Source: Massalongia carnosa
Taxonomy: Eukaryota
Reading direction: 5' to 3'
DNA length: 64,000 nt
Assembly (NCBI GenBank): GCA_965645245.1
Contig: OZ287069.1
Span: 496,001-560,000 of the forward strand
A program made the position numbers and the translations under genes. The notes beneath the pieces are model-generated. The model had not been told where the DNA came from, ran no database searches, and saw only the letters and a program-made list of their open reading frames with translations. Each line of letters begins with the position of its first letter. Within the stretch, counting starts at the first letter, position 1. Positions 1 to 15,653 of the stretch are shown piece by piece.

Positions 1-2527
1 CGTATGAGGCATTTGTTTTCACATCCTTGCGAGTCTACCGCCTCGTCACCACAGCGCCGGTAGTTGTGGGGTGCGCACTTAGTACAAGTACCTTATAAAC
101 TGATTTCGATGTCATATTAGCTTCAGCCTAGAGGGGGCATGCGGTCTCGAAATGTAGGTCTTAGCGACTTCACGTGGGATAAGGGAGATGACTGGAACTT
201 TTGCGTACGTTTGTACAAAGTAACGGCTTCATGTTTGGGTCTTCGAGCGAGCTTTCGGAGGATTGAGGAGGTAATTAGGGTTTCTAAGGGATAGTAGATA
301 AGGCCAGGCAAGTGTATCTATACGCCTTTCGCTGCGATAAACACTTTCCGCTCAACGACCTTCGGAATTCCGCCGTCAAAAGCACGAAATCTCACATGGG
401 AGAGCTGCCAATCAGACAGACGGTGGAGCCTCACGATGTTCAAAATCTAAAATTGGAACGATGTAGGCGTACATGTACATACAACTCCACTCAGGCGACA
501 ACCACGGTTTCCATTTAATATCACGCAGGTCAGACTAACGTTTCGTAGGAAGCAATGGAAGCACATGACTCCGGTTCAAAGCTTGCTGAAGATGATGTAA
601 GATTATGCGAGATTAAGTCAAGTCGACGTACTCTATACCACGCACCGCGTCGCCTGACATGTTTCTCTGCCCTCCACAAAGTCAAATCCAGGTGCATAAT
701 TGATTAATTCATTTGCGTACATGACTGCTGCTTCATGTATCTAGTACAAAGTACGGAGTATGTCAAAGCAAGAAGGATAGGAATGAGAAATGTTCTCCAC
801 GAACTGGGTTCGTTGGGGTGAAAAGCAGTTTCCATCGTCCCGGCCATTCGGTGCATGGTTCTGGCAGCGGCAGATCCTTCGGAGTTTCTTTCGAATAGGG
901 AACGACTCCTCCACCCATAATCGGACAGATCTCCCCATTCGACGTCCTAGCCTCAGTCTCTCTCGACCATCTTCTTCAACGATCACGAATGAGCCTTCCC
1001 GCCACCTCGTGCTGCTAGTCCGGCTTGAGACGTGTGTTCCAGAGGATTTTTTTCATTCTTTTAGCGCACTCGAGCAAACCCTTCTAGAAGCTTACTGTAT
1101 CGAGTCTAGTGGGATTTGTAAACCTCGGACATGTAACCCCATACTCTGACACTAACTTTGCCTCTTCCTTCCCGAGGCTTCGCCCCCAAGATCAAGGATG
1201 CAAGGCATCGACAGCACTAGAATGACTAGAACGAGCTTTTCCCCACTCTCGTTCAAATGGACTTCATTGATTCGGTGAACAAAACCAGATAACCCTCAGG
1301 GCTACTCTGTAAGTTGGACGGATAGCTTCAACATCGAGAGCTGTCTGTTCTCGATTCATGCTGGAGCATGGTACCTTGCCTTAGCTACATACCTCCCATT
1401 CCGATCGGGGTGATATGTCCAAACTTACTCAGTACTTGACTATGGTACAGAGTGAGTCTGCATAGAGTGAGTACGTCTGGACAGCATGTTTCGGGGGGAT
1501 ACATTAGCCTCACGTGCTCGAACAGCCTACAACCTATTCTGATCTAGTGTCCGCTTCCGTGATCCTATCCATAGCTACAGATAGTACATTGCATCACGTA
1601 GGCTGAACGATGGACGATAATTCGATGATTTGATGATTTGATGGTTGTGCATGTTTTACATTCCCCATAATCTAACCAATGAAGATGAAGTCGCACCTGG
1701 CCGACACAAGGGTCCAGCCCCCTGTCCCAAGCCTTTCGGCGAAAAGCCTGAGATAAGCAAGCAGCAAAGGAAAAAGAAGGGAACTTTCTTCATCGCCGCA
1801 TCAGGAACCGCCAAAGCCTTCGTTTACTCGACTTGTCACCTGCGCTCTTGTGTGAGGCAACGGGCAGTTCTGAGCAAACCGGCCATTAGGCTGCACACCC
1901 TTTTTGACATCGCGATGGCTGTCCTGCTGAACTAGGAAGGCAGACCGACCCTACCGCGATAAGTCAAGCGATCTACGCCCACTCGCATGCACGCAGCTTA
2001 TCCTGCAACTGGATGCTAGTCCCGATATACCCGAACCGACAAGGGAAGGACAAGAGAAGGTAGGGGGTAGGAGGTAAGAGGTTCTCGCATGGCTTTCATT
2101 ACTATGTACAGAACACTCTATACCAAATGCTGTGTAGCATGCTACTCCAGCCTCCACCGCACCATGCGGAACCTCGCAGGCGTTTTCGCTTTCCTGCCGA
2201 GTTCTCACATCTCTGGGATTCGACTGCAGAAAAGTTAAATACACGACCTCTCGCTCTCATAAAAAAATACTTGCTGGTACACCATCCGAACTTCTGTCAC
2301 ATCGAAACCCCATTCCCCCCCTCCCCAATCCCCCGTGAAATACGTACTTTGGTTGCGCCAGCATCTGTGGTGCCGGTGGATTCTTCGCCTCCTTGTGGAT
2401 TCAGTTAAAGATCGAGTGACCCCTCGGACATTTCTTTCTGCTCTTCTCTTGCATTCCTCGAATTGCGTTGCCAGTGCTGCCCCGACAACTGTGGGACAGT
2501 TTCTTTCATTGATGATCGGTCGACACC

Positions 2528-4433
2528 ATGGAGAAGGAACCGTATACCACCGCTGCGATGGACAAATACAGTAATGAATCGCCTCCCTACGATGATCCGT
2601 CAAGAGTCGCAAAGGGTGGGCCGATTGGCGAAGCCGCTGATATGTATGGGGACGTCGCCACGGCCGACGAGTATGGCTATGTTCATCGTGGGTGTGTAAA
2701 GAGCGATTGTCTATTGGAGGGGATTGTAATAGCTCACCGTTCGTTTCAGTCTCAAGAGTCGTCACATCCAGTTCATAGCGCTTGGCGGTACCATCGGCAC
2801 CGGTCTGTTTTTAGGAATTGGAAAGGCTCTCACAAAGGCTGGTCCTCTTAGTCTTTTGCTGGGTTATACTTTTACCGGTATCGCAATCTTCGGAATGGTG
2901 AACCTTTCTGCATTCGATGGGACTTGATGATGCTAACGGAATGGAATAGATGCAATCATTGGGAGAAATGGCGACATGGTTACCGTTACCTGGCGCGATC
3001 CCCCAATTCTGTGCACGATATGTCGACGGAAGCATGGGATTTGCAGTTGGATGGAACGTAAGTATGCTAGATCAGCCGTAGTGGCAAAAGCTTATTGGTT
3101 TTGGGTCAGAATTGGTATCAAAGTGCCATCACCCTGTGCGCCGAGATATCCGCAGCGTCTGTAGTCATCCAGTTCTGGCATGGCGCCGTTCACATCAACG
3201 TCGCAGCTTGGATTTCGCTCATCATCGTACTCGTCATCTGCCTCAACATCTTCGCCGTCTCCATTTACGGAGAAGCCGAGTTCTGTTTCGCGAGTGTCAA
3301 GATCATTACCATCGTTGGGCTACTGATCTTCGCCTTCATTATTGATCTTGGCGGAGGACCGACGCACGATCGCCTTGGGTTCAGATACTGGAAGTCTCCA
3401 GGCGCGATGAGACAGTACGTCGCTACTGGCAGCGAAGGTCGCTTCCTCGGTCTGTTCTCCACTTTGGTCAATGCTGCTTTCTCGTACGGTGGGGTCGAAA
3501 TGGTGGCCGTCGCTGCCGGTGAGGCCGAGGATCCCAGACGTAACATCCCCAAGGCTGTGCGGCGAGTGTTCTGGCGTATCTTGTTCTTCTACGTCCTGGG
3601 CTCCCTCGCCATCGGTGTGCTTGTCCCTTACAACGAGAAAGGGTTGCTCAGCGCCATCAGCTCCGGTGCACCTGGCGCTGCGGCATCGCCATGGGTCATT
3701 GCAGTGTACCGAGCCGGTGTTCCTGCATTGCCGTCCATCATCAACGCTGTTATTTTGACCTCGGCCACCTCGTCCGCCAATGCCTTCCTCTACACCGGTA
3801 GCCGATATCTTTACGCCTTGGCTCAGAACGGGCAAGCGCCAAGATTCCTGTTGAAATGCTCGAAGAGGTATTTAAATCCACCCGATCTCTCACACGGTGG
3901 TTACTAATGTTTCCATTAGGGGCGTTCCATACTACTGTATCGTCATTACTGCCTCCATTTCCCTCTTGACCTTTCTCAGTTGCTCGTCGGGCTCGTCGCT
4001 CGTGTTCCAATGGTTCCAAAACCTCACCACAATCGCCAACCTCTTCACCTGGGTCAGCATCTGTGTCGCCTACATCCAGTTTCACAAGGCGCTCAAGGCG
4101 CAAGGTATCGACCGCGACACGCTCGTCTTCAAATCGCCCTTCCAGCCCTACACCGCCTACGCCGCCCTTGTCTTCTTTACCATCATCATTCTCTTCAACG
4201 GCTTCTACGTCTTTAAGCCCTGGGTCCTTAACGACTTTATCACCGCTTACATCGGCATCCCTATCTACTTTGTTCTCTACGCCTTCTGGAAGATTGTCAA
4301 GCGCACCAAGTGGGTCAATCCCGCCGAGGCCGACCTGCATACCGGCAAGGCGGCCTTGGACGAAGCCGACTTGCACTGGCCGGACCGACAACCCAGAAAT
4401 GTTTTGGAGAGAGTATGGTTCTGGATTGCGTAA
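2528..4433 (+). CDS. Amino-acid permease (APC/YAT family), most like the proline permeases PUT4/PrnB; 5 exons
   Basis: Spliced reading gives [79 protein letters not shown] and SR.LY.LA..GQAP. Four GT-AG introns, the first at 2692-2749. Stop TAA ends at 4433. Confidence 0.93.
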
Positions 4434-5515
4434 AGTCGGGGGGTGGATGAGCGCGACCTGTTTTTCCCTCCACCATCACATATACATTCATCGCATATAT
4501 TGCATCTCTAGTAGCTATTATGATACCGAATTCTTGATCCGCAGGCATTTTTTCCTCCTACGCCTAGGGCATCATGGATCCCTAGATATCCCCCCCCCCT
4601 GCCGTATGAATAAATAAAAAACCCTCCCCTCATCCATCCAAAGGCCCAACCAGAGCTCTCCTGCCTCCCTCTTTCCCTTCCATCTACCTCTTCCAACGAG
4701 CTGTATACCCCTATCTATTCATCACTCCTTCCAAACCCCTGCTCCCTTAACTCCTCCCAGCTCCGCCCCGCTCAAACCAGATCCTATCCTATCTGATCCG
4801 ATGCGATATAAACCATTCCTCTCAGTTCCGTCTACCTACCTAACCCCCTTATCCGTAGCATTAGGTAGACGCTAATGAATAGGTAGTTAGGTAGTTAGGG
4901 AGGTATGTAGGAGGGTAGTCTTTATCGGGAAAAAGGTTTCGAGGGGATGGTGGTTAGTTAGTTAGGTATTGGTAACGTTTGTAGGACTTTTTGTTTGGTT
5001 GATGGTTATAATTTATATGTAATTGTAAATGTATGGCTGGTTGGTTTCGAAAGGAGGGAGGGAGAGGAAGAAGAGATGAGACGAGACGAGAAAGAATTAT
5101 TGTACAGATGTATTTCTTCCCTTCTTCTTCTTCTTCTTCTCTTTTCATTCCATTTCTGTCCTTTCCCATTCCCATTTTCCATTTTTAAAAATGTCGTTTC
5201 TAACGACAGTCGCAGTCCGCCGGCGGTAGTTGTTGGTAGTTATGTATGTAACTGAAAATTCAATAATGGAAAACGAAATACTCTCAACACTACCCAACCA
5301 GGTAAATAGATATCAATCGATAGACTAAGATGGGGATTTCCACAGGCATACAGAATCCCGATCTCGAGTTTTTCTTTTTTTTACCCCCTCCAACAACTCT
5401 TCCATACAACCAAGTTATGTATTACTCTTTTCGCTTTTTCTCTAAAAAGCCCCGATCTTGATGCTTGAACTGGAGCTGAAACTAAAGCCGTACGGATCAG
5501 TATGTAAATATGTAG

Positions 5516-5551
5516 TAGGTAGGTAGGTAGGTAGGTAGGTAGGTAGGTAGT
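5516..5551. repeat. (GTAG)n microsatellite in a low-complexity intergenic region that also has a (TAGC)n run near 5617-5635
   Basis: Direct reading of the tandem tetranucleotides. Confidence 0.9.
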
Positions 5552-6869
5552 AAGGTAGAGAAGGCCGAGGCGAGGCGAGTGAGGGGGGACCGATTTAGCA
5601 GCATTCATTACTTGATTAGCTAGCTAGCTAGCTAGTTAGTTACTAACTTACTGACGAAAAGAAAGAAAGAAAGAGAAAGATCCCATTTCGTTACATATCT
5701 AGGTATGTAGATTGATTGATTGATATGATATGGTTTGACTATGGCGGGCCACAAAGAAGGAAAGAAAAGAATAGCGCAATAAATACAAATGCGGTTGTCC
5801 AAACTGAAGGAAAGCCTACGTGTACGAGTAATTTTACTTGGCCTTGGGAATACCTTGATGTAGAGGAGAGAGTTCCCAGTCAGTCACTCTCTGTCGTTAT
5901 TGTCGTCGTCACTCGAGATTCGAGCTCGAAAAGCCCTCGTGGAGGACTCTACTCGCTTCCTAACGGTTTCGTTCGTTCATCGATCGCTTTGGTAGACATA
6001 GCGCCGAGATGCAGGTTGTTGGGAAAATAAAGACAGGGAAATAAAGAGCTAGACACTTCGCCTAGTCGTCTTTGGTCAATTTCAGGTCATAGCGTCAAGT
6101 CAACCAGCCAGGCTCCTCTGAAGAGGGTGCCGGTTCAAAAGTCGATAAACAAGGATACCTCAAAACATGCGAAATCATGATTTTATGTTCAACTACTAAC
6201 AATTTGCTCAAAAGGGTCCGGGCCCCCCTTTGACCTCCGGATCAGCCTCTAGCTAAAGCACTGCAGAAGCCAAAGGCTCGAACCTTCCATCCATCTCGCG
6301 CGCTTGCTCTGGCCGCTGCAAGGCTATCACGTTTCCCTTCCATGACGTCCGACCCAGAGCTAATCTCATTCGTGGCTTTTTGTTGGACGTTCGAGTCGAA
6401 ATACCCCCATTGATGCCCCATGCTCTTCATGGTAATGAAGAGCAGAAGAAGCCGCCTACGTTCAACCCGTCCCTCACGAATGAAGTGTAAACGCCCCAGC
6501 AGGGGAGCGATGTGCCATTGCCTTCCTTGACGCAAGGCAGGTGCCGCACAAGCAACACCGCGACAACCATAGCAACGAGCCACCAAAGTACTCCAGGTTC
6601 AATGAGCTGGCGCAGAGATCGTACTGAGAAAAAGAAAGGGGTTTTATTAGAAATTTGTATGGTAATGACAGTCAAAGTCGTAAAGCAGCAATCTATTCCT
6701 TATCGGATTATGATGAGGTAGAATGCTGGAAAATAGTGTCGTGAAGGCGTATATGATAGAAAGATAAGGACGTGCTGCATTGGGAGGCCTTGGATGTTCA
6801 ACCCGGAACCAAAGGGATCTACCCAAGAGATCCGCAAGTTGAAGGCCTACCGCGACTCTCGAACCAATT

Positions 6870-8582
6870 CTAGAATATAGAGCTCTTGCGCTTCTCCGCG
6901 TTCGTGAGTACGAGAAGGGGAGTTTTGCGTCGCTCCTCCAGATGCTTGGGTTCTTCAGCCTTGATCTCAACCAGCTTTCCTCCAATCGTCGCGCCGTCCT
7001 CGCTGCTGACGCTGCCAGCTGTGAAACTGCTGCCGGTAGAATTGCGGTCTCGGGAACGCTCCTTCATTTCCTTCCGTTCGGACCCAATAGCTCCAATGGA
7101 TGTTGTCCGTAAGTTGCCAAGGCTTGGCTTCCCGGAGAGACTACCGCTGTGGCTTCCCAGACTTTCGGAGTCATTATCGGAGGAAACGGAAAACGTAATC
7201 TCACTATCACTTGCAGGGGTCATGATTCCAACACTATCCATCGAGCCACTTCCACGAGACGCCCCACGGCGCTCCAACCCAGCACGCACAAGATTGTGGA
7301 CCGCACGGCGGCGTTGCCGAGTGGCAAAGTTCTTGCTGCCCTCATATTTTGCGGTTGGCTTTGCAATCAGCTCTTCAAGCGAAGGCGGTCCCCGAGGTTG
7401 GCGAATAGGATGGTCCCCAACGCGAGATTGCCCCGGTCCAAACGTCCCCGTCATAGGGGTTTGTGGGAAGCCTGCCGACCTTGGCAAGGTCGGTTTTAGC
7501 GCCTCAACCGGGCTGGACGTAAACTCCCCAAAGCCAGCGGCAAACGAAGAGGCCTTCTTATGGCTTGGGCGAAACGCATTGGCCGAAGGTGGAGGAAGTG
7601 GATTCACATCTACAGGAGAGGCAGACTTTGGTGGCGAATTGCTTCGATGTTGGCTTGGTGGGGCTGCCGCATCGGGTGGTGGTGAGACCTGAGCACGGAA
7701 CGTAGGCGTTGGTGGCGGTGGAGAGTGACTCAAATCCTGGGTAGTGACCGGCGTAGGAGGAGCGAACTGAGCCGGAGGTGCATTGTCCATGATGTAGCCA
7801 TGTTGGCCAGTCATGGGATTGTAGACGGAATACAAGCCCGGTTGGTTGGGCACTGCCTGGATGATTGGCTGGAGTCCACTTTGAAGTTGCTGATTGTAAT
7901 AGCCTGTATTGGGTGTCATCGGAGCTTGAATGTATTGCTGCTGATGACCCATTCCATTGTTCAGATTCAAACCCTGAAATTGCTGAGCTGCGGCGGTCAC
8001 GTTGATGAGTTGTTGTTGCAAGCGTCGCTGCTGCTCAGCGAGATATTCGTTGGTCGCAACAAGGTCTGCATAAAATTCGGGGTCAATGTTTGCATCGTCC
8101 TGCTCTCCTCCCATGTGGAGCGCAGGAGGAGCAAGGACTTGCTCGGGAAGCGAATAAATCTGACCGTTTCCATTCATACGGTAGCGATCACGCGGATTGC
8201 CGGCAAAGCTTGACCCTACAGCGGTGTGGGGAAGGCCCTGTTGATACCTGTTGTTATCCTTCATCACATACCGATTCTGTTCCACTCCGAAGTTTTGTTG
8301 CGGTCGGGTTGGAGGGGCCGAACTGGGGAACGATGGAGATTTTGGTGCAGTTCGCAATCCCGCGAGTAAATGGGAGCGACTTGTCCTTGGGGTTGGATTA
8401 AGGTTGGCTTGCTGCGTTTCATCGATCGTGGAGATCTTCGAAGGCGGTGCAACACTTAGGCGTTTGATGTTGGATCCTTTGCCACGAGAAGCAAAGCCAG
8501 AGCCAGGAACACCGAGCCCATGAGCAAAAGAATTGTGGTGATTGTAAGTCATTTGAGCGAGGCCGCCAGCGTCTAGACTCAT
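6870..8582 (-). CDS. Conserved fungal hypothetical protein, 570 aa, Pro/Ser/Gln-rich and probably largely disordered; apparently intronless CDS
   Basis: Long ATG-initiated ORF with motif-like blocks (IKRLSV, TPRTSRSHLLAGLRTAPK, RQPRGPPSLEEL, KNFATRQRRRAV) that I recall from Pezizomycotina hypothetical proteins. No recognisable catalytic domain. Confidence 0.8.
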   Translation of the reverse strand: MSLDAGGLAQMTYNHHNSFAHGLGVPGSGFASRGKGSNIKRLSVAPPSKISTIDETQQANLNPTPRTSRSHLLAGLRTAPKSPSFPSSAPPTRPQQNFGVEQNRYVMKDNNRYQQGLPHTAVGSSFAGNPRDRYRMNGNGQIYSLPEQVLAPPALHMGGEQDDANIDPEFYADLVATNEYLAEQQRRLQQQLINVTAAAQQFQGLNLNNGMGHQQQYIQAPMTPNTGYYNQQLQSGLQPIIQAVPNQPGLYSVYNPMTGQHGYIMDNAPPAQFAPPTPVTTQDLSHSPPPPTPTFRAQVSPPPDAAAPPSQHRSNSPPKSASPVDVNPLPPPSANAFRPSHKKASSFAAGFGEFTSSPVEALKPTLPRSAGFPQTPMTGTFGPGQSRVGDHPIRQPRGPPSLEELIAKPTAKYEGSKNFATRQRRRAVHNLVRAGLERRGASRGSGSMDSVGIMTPASDSEITFSVSSDNDSESLGSHSGSLSGKPSLGNLRTTSIGAIGSERKEMKERSRDRNSTGSSFTAGSVSSEDGATIGGKLVEIKAEEPKHLEERRKTPLLVLTNAEKRKSSIF

Positions 8583-9872
8583 GGTGACTGACGTTTCTAA
8601 TGGGAATATGCTATGTGCAAGAAGGAATGATTGGTTTGATGGTTATGTTGATGCTGTTGAATTTTTTTTTGGATCACTGCGAATATCGATGCTGAAAAGT
8701 GCTAGGCAGCCAAAGTGCTCGGTGTTTGCAAGACGAACACGGCGGTACTGCAAGGTGACAATGCTAGCTATATCGATGGATTGTGTCAGACGGTTACTTT
8801 TTCTTGGGAAAGATCTAAGATAAAGGCCGATGCAAGGGTAGACCACAGGTCAAGTTAAGCTCTGTATAGCAAGACGGTAAAGTTAGAACGTGATATGAAG
8901 AGGGGAGGGTGGAATGAAGGGTGGAAGCTCACCTTATGAGATTACACCGTCAACCAGAAGCAGTGAATTGCCAGCAGGCAAGTTGTGATTGCCGGGAAAG
9001 AAATGAATTACAGGCAGGCGCAGATGGCCATGTATGATCAACGAAGATCGATCGCACGTTGGAGTAAGCGGACGATACGTCGGGCCGTTGGGAGATCTTG
9101 TCTTTGCACTGCAAACCACAAGGTGCAACCAACTTTCCTTGGGAAGGGTTGGGTGGAAGGGTGTTGCCAAAGAACACCCGTTACTTTTCCCTTTGAAGGC
9201 GATGAATCGAGGCTGATGAATGAAGCGGTCTCCCGGGCAAGATGACGTCGATGCGTGAAGAGCCGACCTTCCCAGGCGTACGTAGTATCAGAATGGCAAC
9301 AAAGAAACCGAAAGAATAATAATGTGGAATAATAATAAGGAAACGTGAATCAATGACAGTCCAAAGGGGGGAGGAGGGGGGTTGGGGGGTAATTATTGAA
9401 GCCGATCAGGTCCTGGGGATCCGTATTATGGGCAGAATTAAAGAGAACAGCAGTGTCATTCGAGCACAGGCACGTGGGGGGAGGTCAGGCAAGATTTGTG
9501 TTGAAGAAGACTCGCTGAGGAGTCGGAAAAAGATCCTAAGAGACAAGAAGGGGTGTTTGGTGGGGAGAGATGGAATGAGAAAGGTTGAAGAGGGAGAGGG
9601 AAAGGGAAAGAGAAAAGGAAGAAAGGAAGGAGGCGTTATGATTCGCTAGCGGCTTTTCACGGCTTTCACAGTTGGGCTTTAATAAAGGCGTTTGCTTCTT
9701 TCGATCGAATCAAAAGGGGTCAGGGTATGAATCCGGCGGAGCCCATTGGTTCAACGGGGGTTATAACTAGTTATAACCCACTCCTGAAGAGCGCAAGGCT
9801 ATTCCTGCTCATCAGGGGTAAGGGTCGACCTCGAGGTCGAGGGATTCATGGGTGAAGGGGGAGAAGGATGCG

Positions 9873-9943
9873 TTGGTGGGATTGATGGATTGGTGGGATT
9901 GGTGGGAGTGGTGGGATTGGTGGGATTGGTGGGATTGGAGGGG
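9873..9943 (+). repeat. Imperfect 9-bp tandem repeat (GGTGGGATT)n; G-quadruplex-competent
   Basis: About 7 imperfect units; six GGG tracts spaced by 5-6 nt. Confidence 0.85.
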
Positions 9944-12215
9944 CAAATTGCGCAAGGGAGGCAGGAGTCAGAAGCCACAGCCGGTAAATCACCAATCACA
10001 CCCCCTCCCGCTGGCTTCTTCCTGCCCCGGAAATAGTCATCGTCTTTGTGCTTTACTTTGGTCTTGGTGGGAAATCCCTCTTCTCGTCGCTCATTTGGCA
10101 CTCCTCATTTGAACTCGGTGATGCCCCGCGAGTTCTTCAAAGTTCGAATATCTACTTAGACACGAATGGCGGTGAAGACTTCGCTAGGCCAGTTACAGTG
10201 AATAAACAGCTGAACGCGCGCAATAGCAACCCCCACAACACATCTTACTCGTCGCTCTCCATTTCCTTCCCTTTGCTTCCTCAGCTCTTCGACTAAACTC
10301 TGCTAGCTAGGCCCCATGTGATGGTCGGCAACTCGCAGCTATCGTGGCGCTTAAGCAGGTTCCTCACACAGGATTTGGACAAAAACCATGAGATGATTGA
10401 TGCTTTGCTCCTGAACAATCGAGCGTTTCCTTTACGGTGGCTGGGCAAGTGGGGTCCATCCAACGATCCAATGATCATCCCCTTCAAATGCTCCGCACTC
10501 GGTACTCCGTACCTCCAAGCAAACGTGGGCGTCTCCGAGCCAGCCGATGATCGCTGTACTAGTAGGTTTAGCTTGTCGATTGTCATCGGATCTCCACTCG
10601 TCCAGCACAACCAGCTACATACCAACTACATACATACATACATTTCGAGGTCGGAAAACAATTTTCTGTCTTCTGCCGGCTGTACGGAGTACACTGCACA
10701 CGAACGCTTCTTGCTTTCATCAGTGGTCGCGAGAGGTTAGGCACATTGACAGATCAGACGCCTCATGCAAGCGGCAAATCAAGCATCAAAGGATCGTGGG
10801 GCTTGCAGACTTTGTCTCACCCTGCGACTTATGTGCATTCTGCATTCTACGCTTCATGTATTTATAGATAAGATTACTAGGTACGGAGTACTCTGTAGCT
10901 AAGGAGGCATTCAGAAGATGAAACACGCTTCAACGCGGATGGATGCCAAGGCTTTTTCTGTCCCGTTGACGGTGTACATACCTGGTCTCGCCGCTGACAA
11001 GGCGTTAACTAAAGCGGATAGACGTTGCAGCGCGGAATGTGCAGCATAAAGTAGGTACGTATGTACATGTGTCAGTCACCCAGGCTGTTATGTAGCTATG
11101 TACTTCGTAGGTAGGCACGTAGGTACTCTGTATTTACTGCTTAGGTACAACCCGAGCGACTCTCAGTACTCCAGATCTAACTGGTATAAGCTATCAGTAC
11201 GTTCCCTTGTTGACGACGCAGCTAGACTAAAAGGCAAAGCTTTTCTCTCAAATGATTTGTGACCAGGCCTGCCCAAGGAGAGCGGTATTAACCCTTTGCT
11301 ATATGTGCGAGTTAACAATCTAACCCTAGCTGTCTCTTATTCCTGCGTCAACTCAACCTCTACTCTGTACTAGTCGGAACGCTTCGGACGGTCACAATGA
11401 CAAAGCCCATTCCTTCGGAGCAAAGCAAGAGTTTCATACCAGGAACATCAACCTGTACAGAGCAGGGCTGTCTCATTGCTCTCGGAAAGGCGGCGAAGTC
11501 AAGAACAATGTCCTTTTCGCTTTCCTTGCATTACCTACTGTCTTATATCTTATTATACCTACCCTCATTCGTCCAGCTGCCCATTCACCTCCGCTCCGAC
11601 GAACGGTGATACCCAGCCCTGGGTCTCACGAAACAAACCTTATAACCTCCAAAAACATTGAATAGGCCACTTCTTCGCTGATCCGCCAATGCTTTTCCAA
11701 CCACAGTTATCAGCCTCACGCATCGTGACCTCTAAGGATGGCCCAATTTATCTAGTTGATAGGGTCCGGTTTATTAAATTATCTCCTCTTTCATGCTAAT
11801 GCAAAGCAGAGCAAAGCAAAGCAAAGCATCTATCCCCTCCCCTTCAAGAGCACAACACAACATAACACCAATCGAATTGAATCGAATCGAATCGAACCAA
11901 ACCGATCAAGCCTAACGGCACACACCCATAGGTAGCTCTTCCCATCTTTCCATCAACAAAACTCGACAATGGGAGAAAAACAGCCCATCTCTGCACGCAC
12001 CGCACCGCCTTCTTCATTTCTTCTTTTTTGAAGTCTCCCCTCGCCCTTGAAGGAGAAATGCTTTCGTAGCGTGTTTGCGTAATACTTAGGTCTAGGATTG
12101 GGTGGGTAGAGAGATTCTCTGTAAGAAGGTAGGTGGTAGGTGATGGAGTCTGGAGGCGTTGGTAGATGTAGGTAGGTATATATACTTGTCAGCCAGCCAT
12201 CATCTCCCTCCACCT

Positions 12216-14417
<2,202 letters not shown>

Positions 14418-14989
14418 TCCCTCCACCTCTCCCCATCCCCTTCCTGCGCCACCAACAAAAACCACACCCCATCCAGGGGGACCAGAATCGTCCAAAGTAC
14501 TTAGCGATGTTGTTGTGGTGTGAGATGAGGGAAGGGGTCTTTGAAGAGGGAAGAAACGCGAGGAAGAGGGCAAGAGATGAAAGGTAGGAAAAGAGAGGGT
14601 AGGGGGTTCGGAGGGGGTTGAGGATGATTATTGTATACTCCTTCCTCGGTAGATACCTAGCCTACATACGTACATATATTATGATAGTAGACGACATCTC
14701 TGAAACGAGAACTGGATATGGCCCATAGTTTGTCTTTTCGTCACCGATCCATTGCCCCTATCTAGATATGATATATTCGCTCGGCCCAAGAGTTTTGGTC
14801 TGAATTGTATTCAAAAATCACCGCTATGCACAGGCAACTGATGCGCCCCAATTCCATCCCTGGCAAAAGGACCTTTTTCGCTCTTCCAGCATCAAGACCT
14901 CGTCGATAAGTGTATCACCTGCGCAGTCATACCAGGGTCCACCATCTGGATTCCGTGCCGGAGGGTTCCGTTGTAGATCGATTGCGTCA

Positions 14990-15653
14990 TCCAAAGAAAG
15001 CTGCAGGTTAACAGGATGAGAAAAAATCGAACAATTCCAGTGATCGCTCCCCCTAGGACTACTCCTGAGTATGCAAACTTTCCCCACACTTTGCATCGTT
15101 TCCAGTGGGCTTGTTGGTCCCGCTGATATCTGGCACACTACAACACGACGCGTTGAGCGCCAACTCCTTGTAATACGTACTTTGCACGGTGAAATACTCC
15201 GATAGCGCTTGTTAGCTTCCTGCGCTGGTCTCGATACGGTGATTGCAGCTGCTATGGGTTTTGGAGCTGCGAAAGGATTCGGATCGGTAACGCCATGTAT
15301 AGCTGTCGTTATGGGGCGTAGATGCTATCGGAAGATGTCAGCGTAATTTTTAGAGAACCTTGATCGGCGCCTAGAGTACATAAAGCCTAAAGCCTTACGC
15401 ATGGCGAAATTTATCTGCGACGATGCCAACCTTTTCTATTTCATCTCGTTCTCCTCACCTGACTGTGGTAGTAGCGTAGAATTGCGCCGCGATGGATTTC
15501 CAACTGATATGGAACTTGAAATCATTGTCACCTGCGATTAACGATATCACCAGATCTGGGGGTGAAGATGTTGAACTCCGACGATGCTGCTAAACACGTG
15601 AATAGGAGGAAATAGAAAACGACAAGACAGTCATGTGCATGGGACTGGCCATG
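14990..15653 (-). pseudogene. Possible decayed secreted or type-I membrane protein gene
   Basis: Hydrophobic signal-like CLVVFYFLLFTCLAAS, then FNIFTPRSGDIV/(frameshift)IAGDNDFKFHISWK, resembling the P..GD.V..G....I.W start of Kre9/Knh1-like N-terminal domains. A TM-like GVVLGGAITGIVRFFLILLTCSFLW lies downstream. The frames are broken. Confidence 0.3.

Noticed and set aside
1..2500. Short ORFs upstream of the permease
   Set aside because: No recognisable domains or consistent exon structure; treated as intergenic or promoter DNA.
6886..8523. Long + strand ORFs opposite the 570-aa gene, and similar antisense ORFs over the permease, PLC1, UPF1, IMP4 and Mhp1-like genes
   Set aside because: Shadow ORFs from codon bias of the real genes; no recognisable domains.
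9799..10112. ORFs with PTN, VGL and WWD peptide repeats
   Set aside because: Translations of the 9-bp DNA repeat with no other coding evidence.
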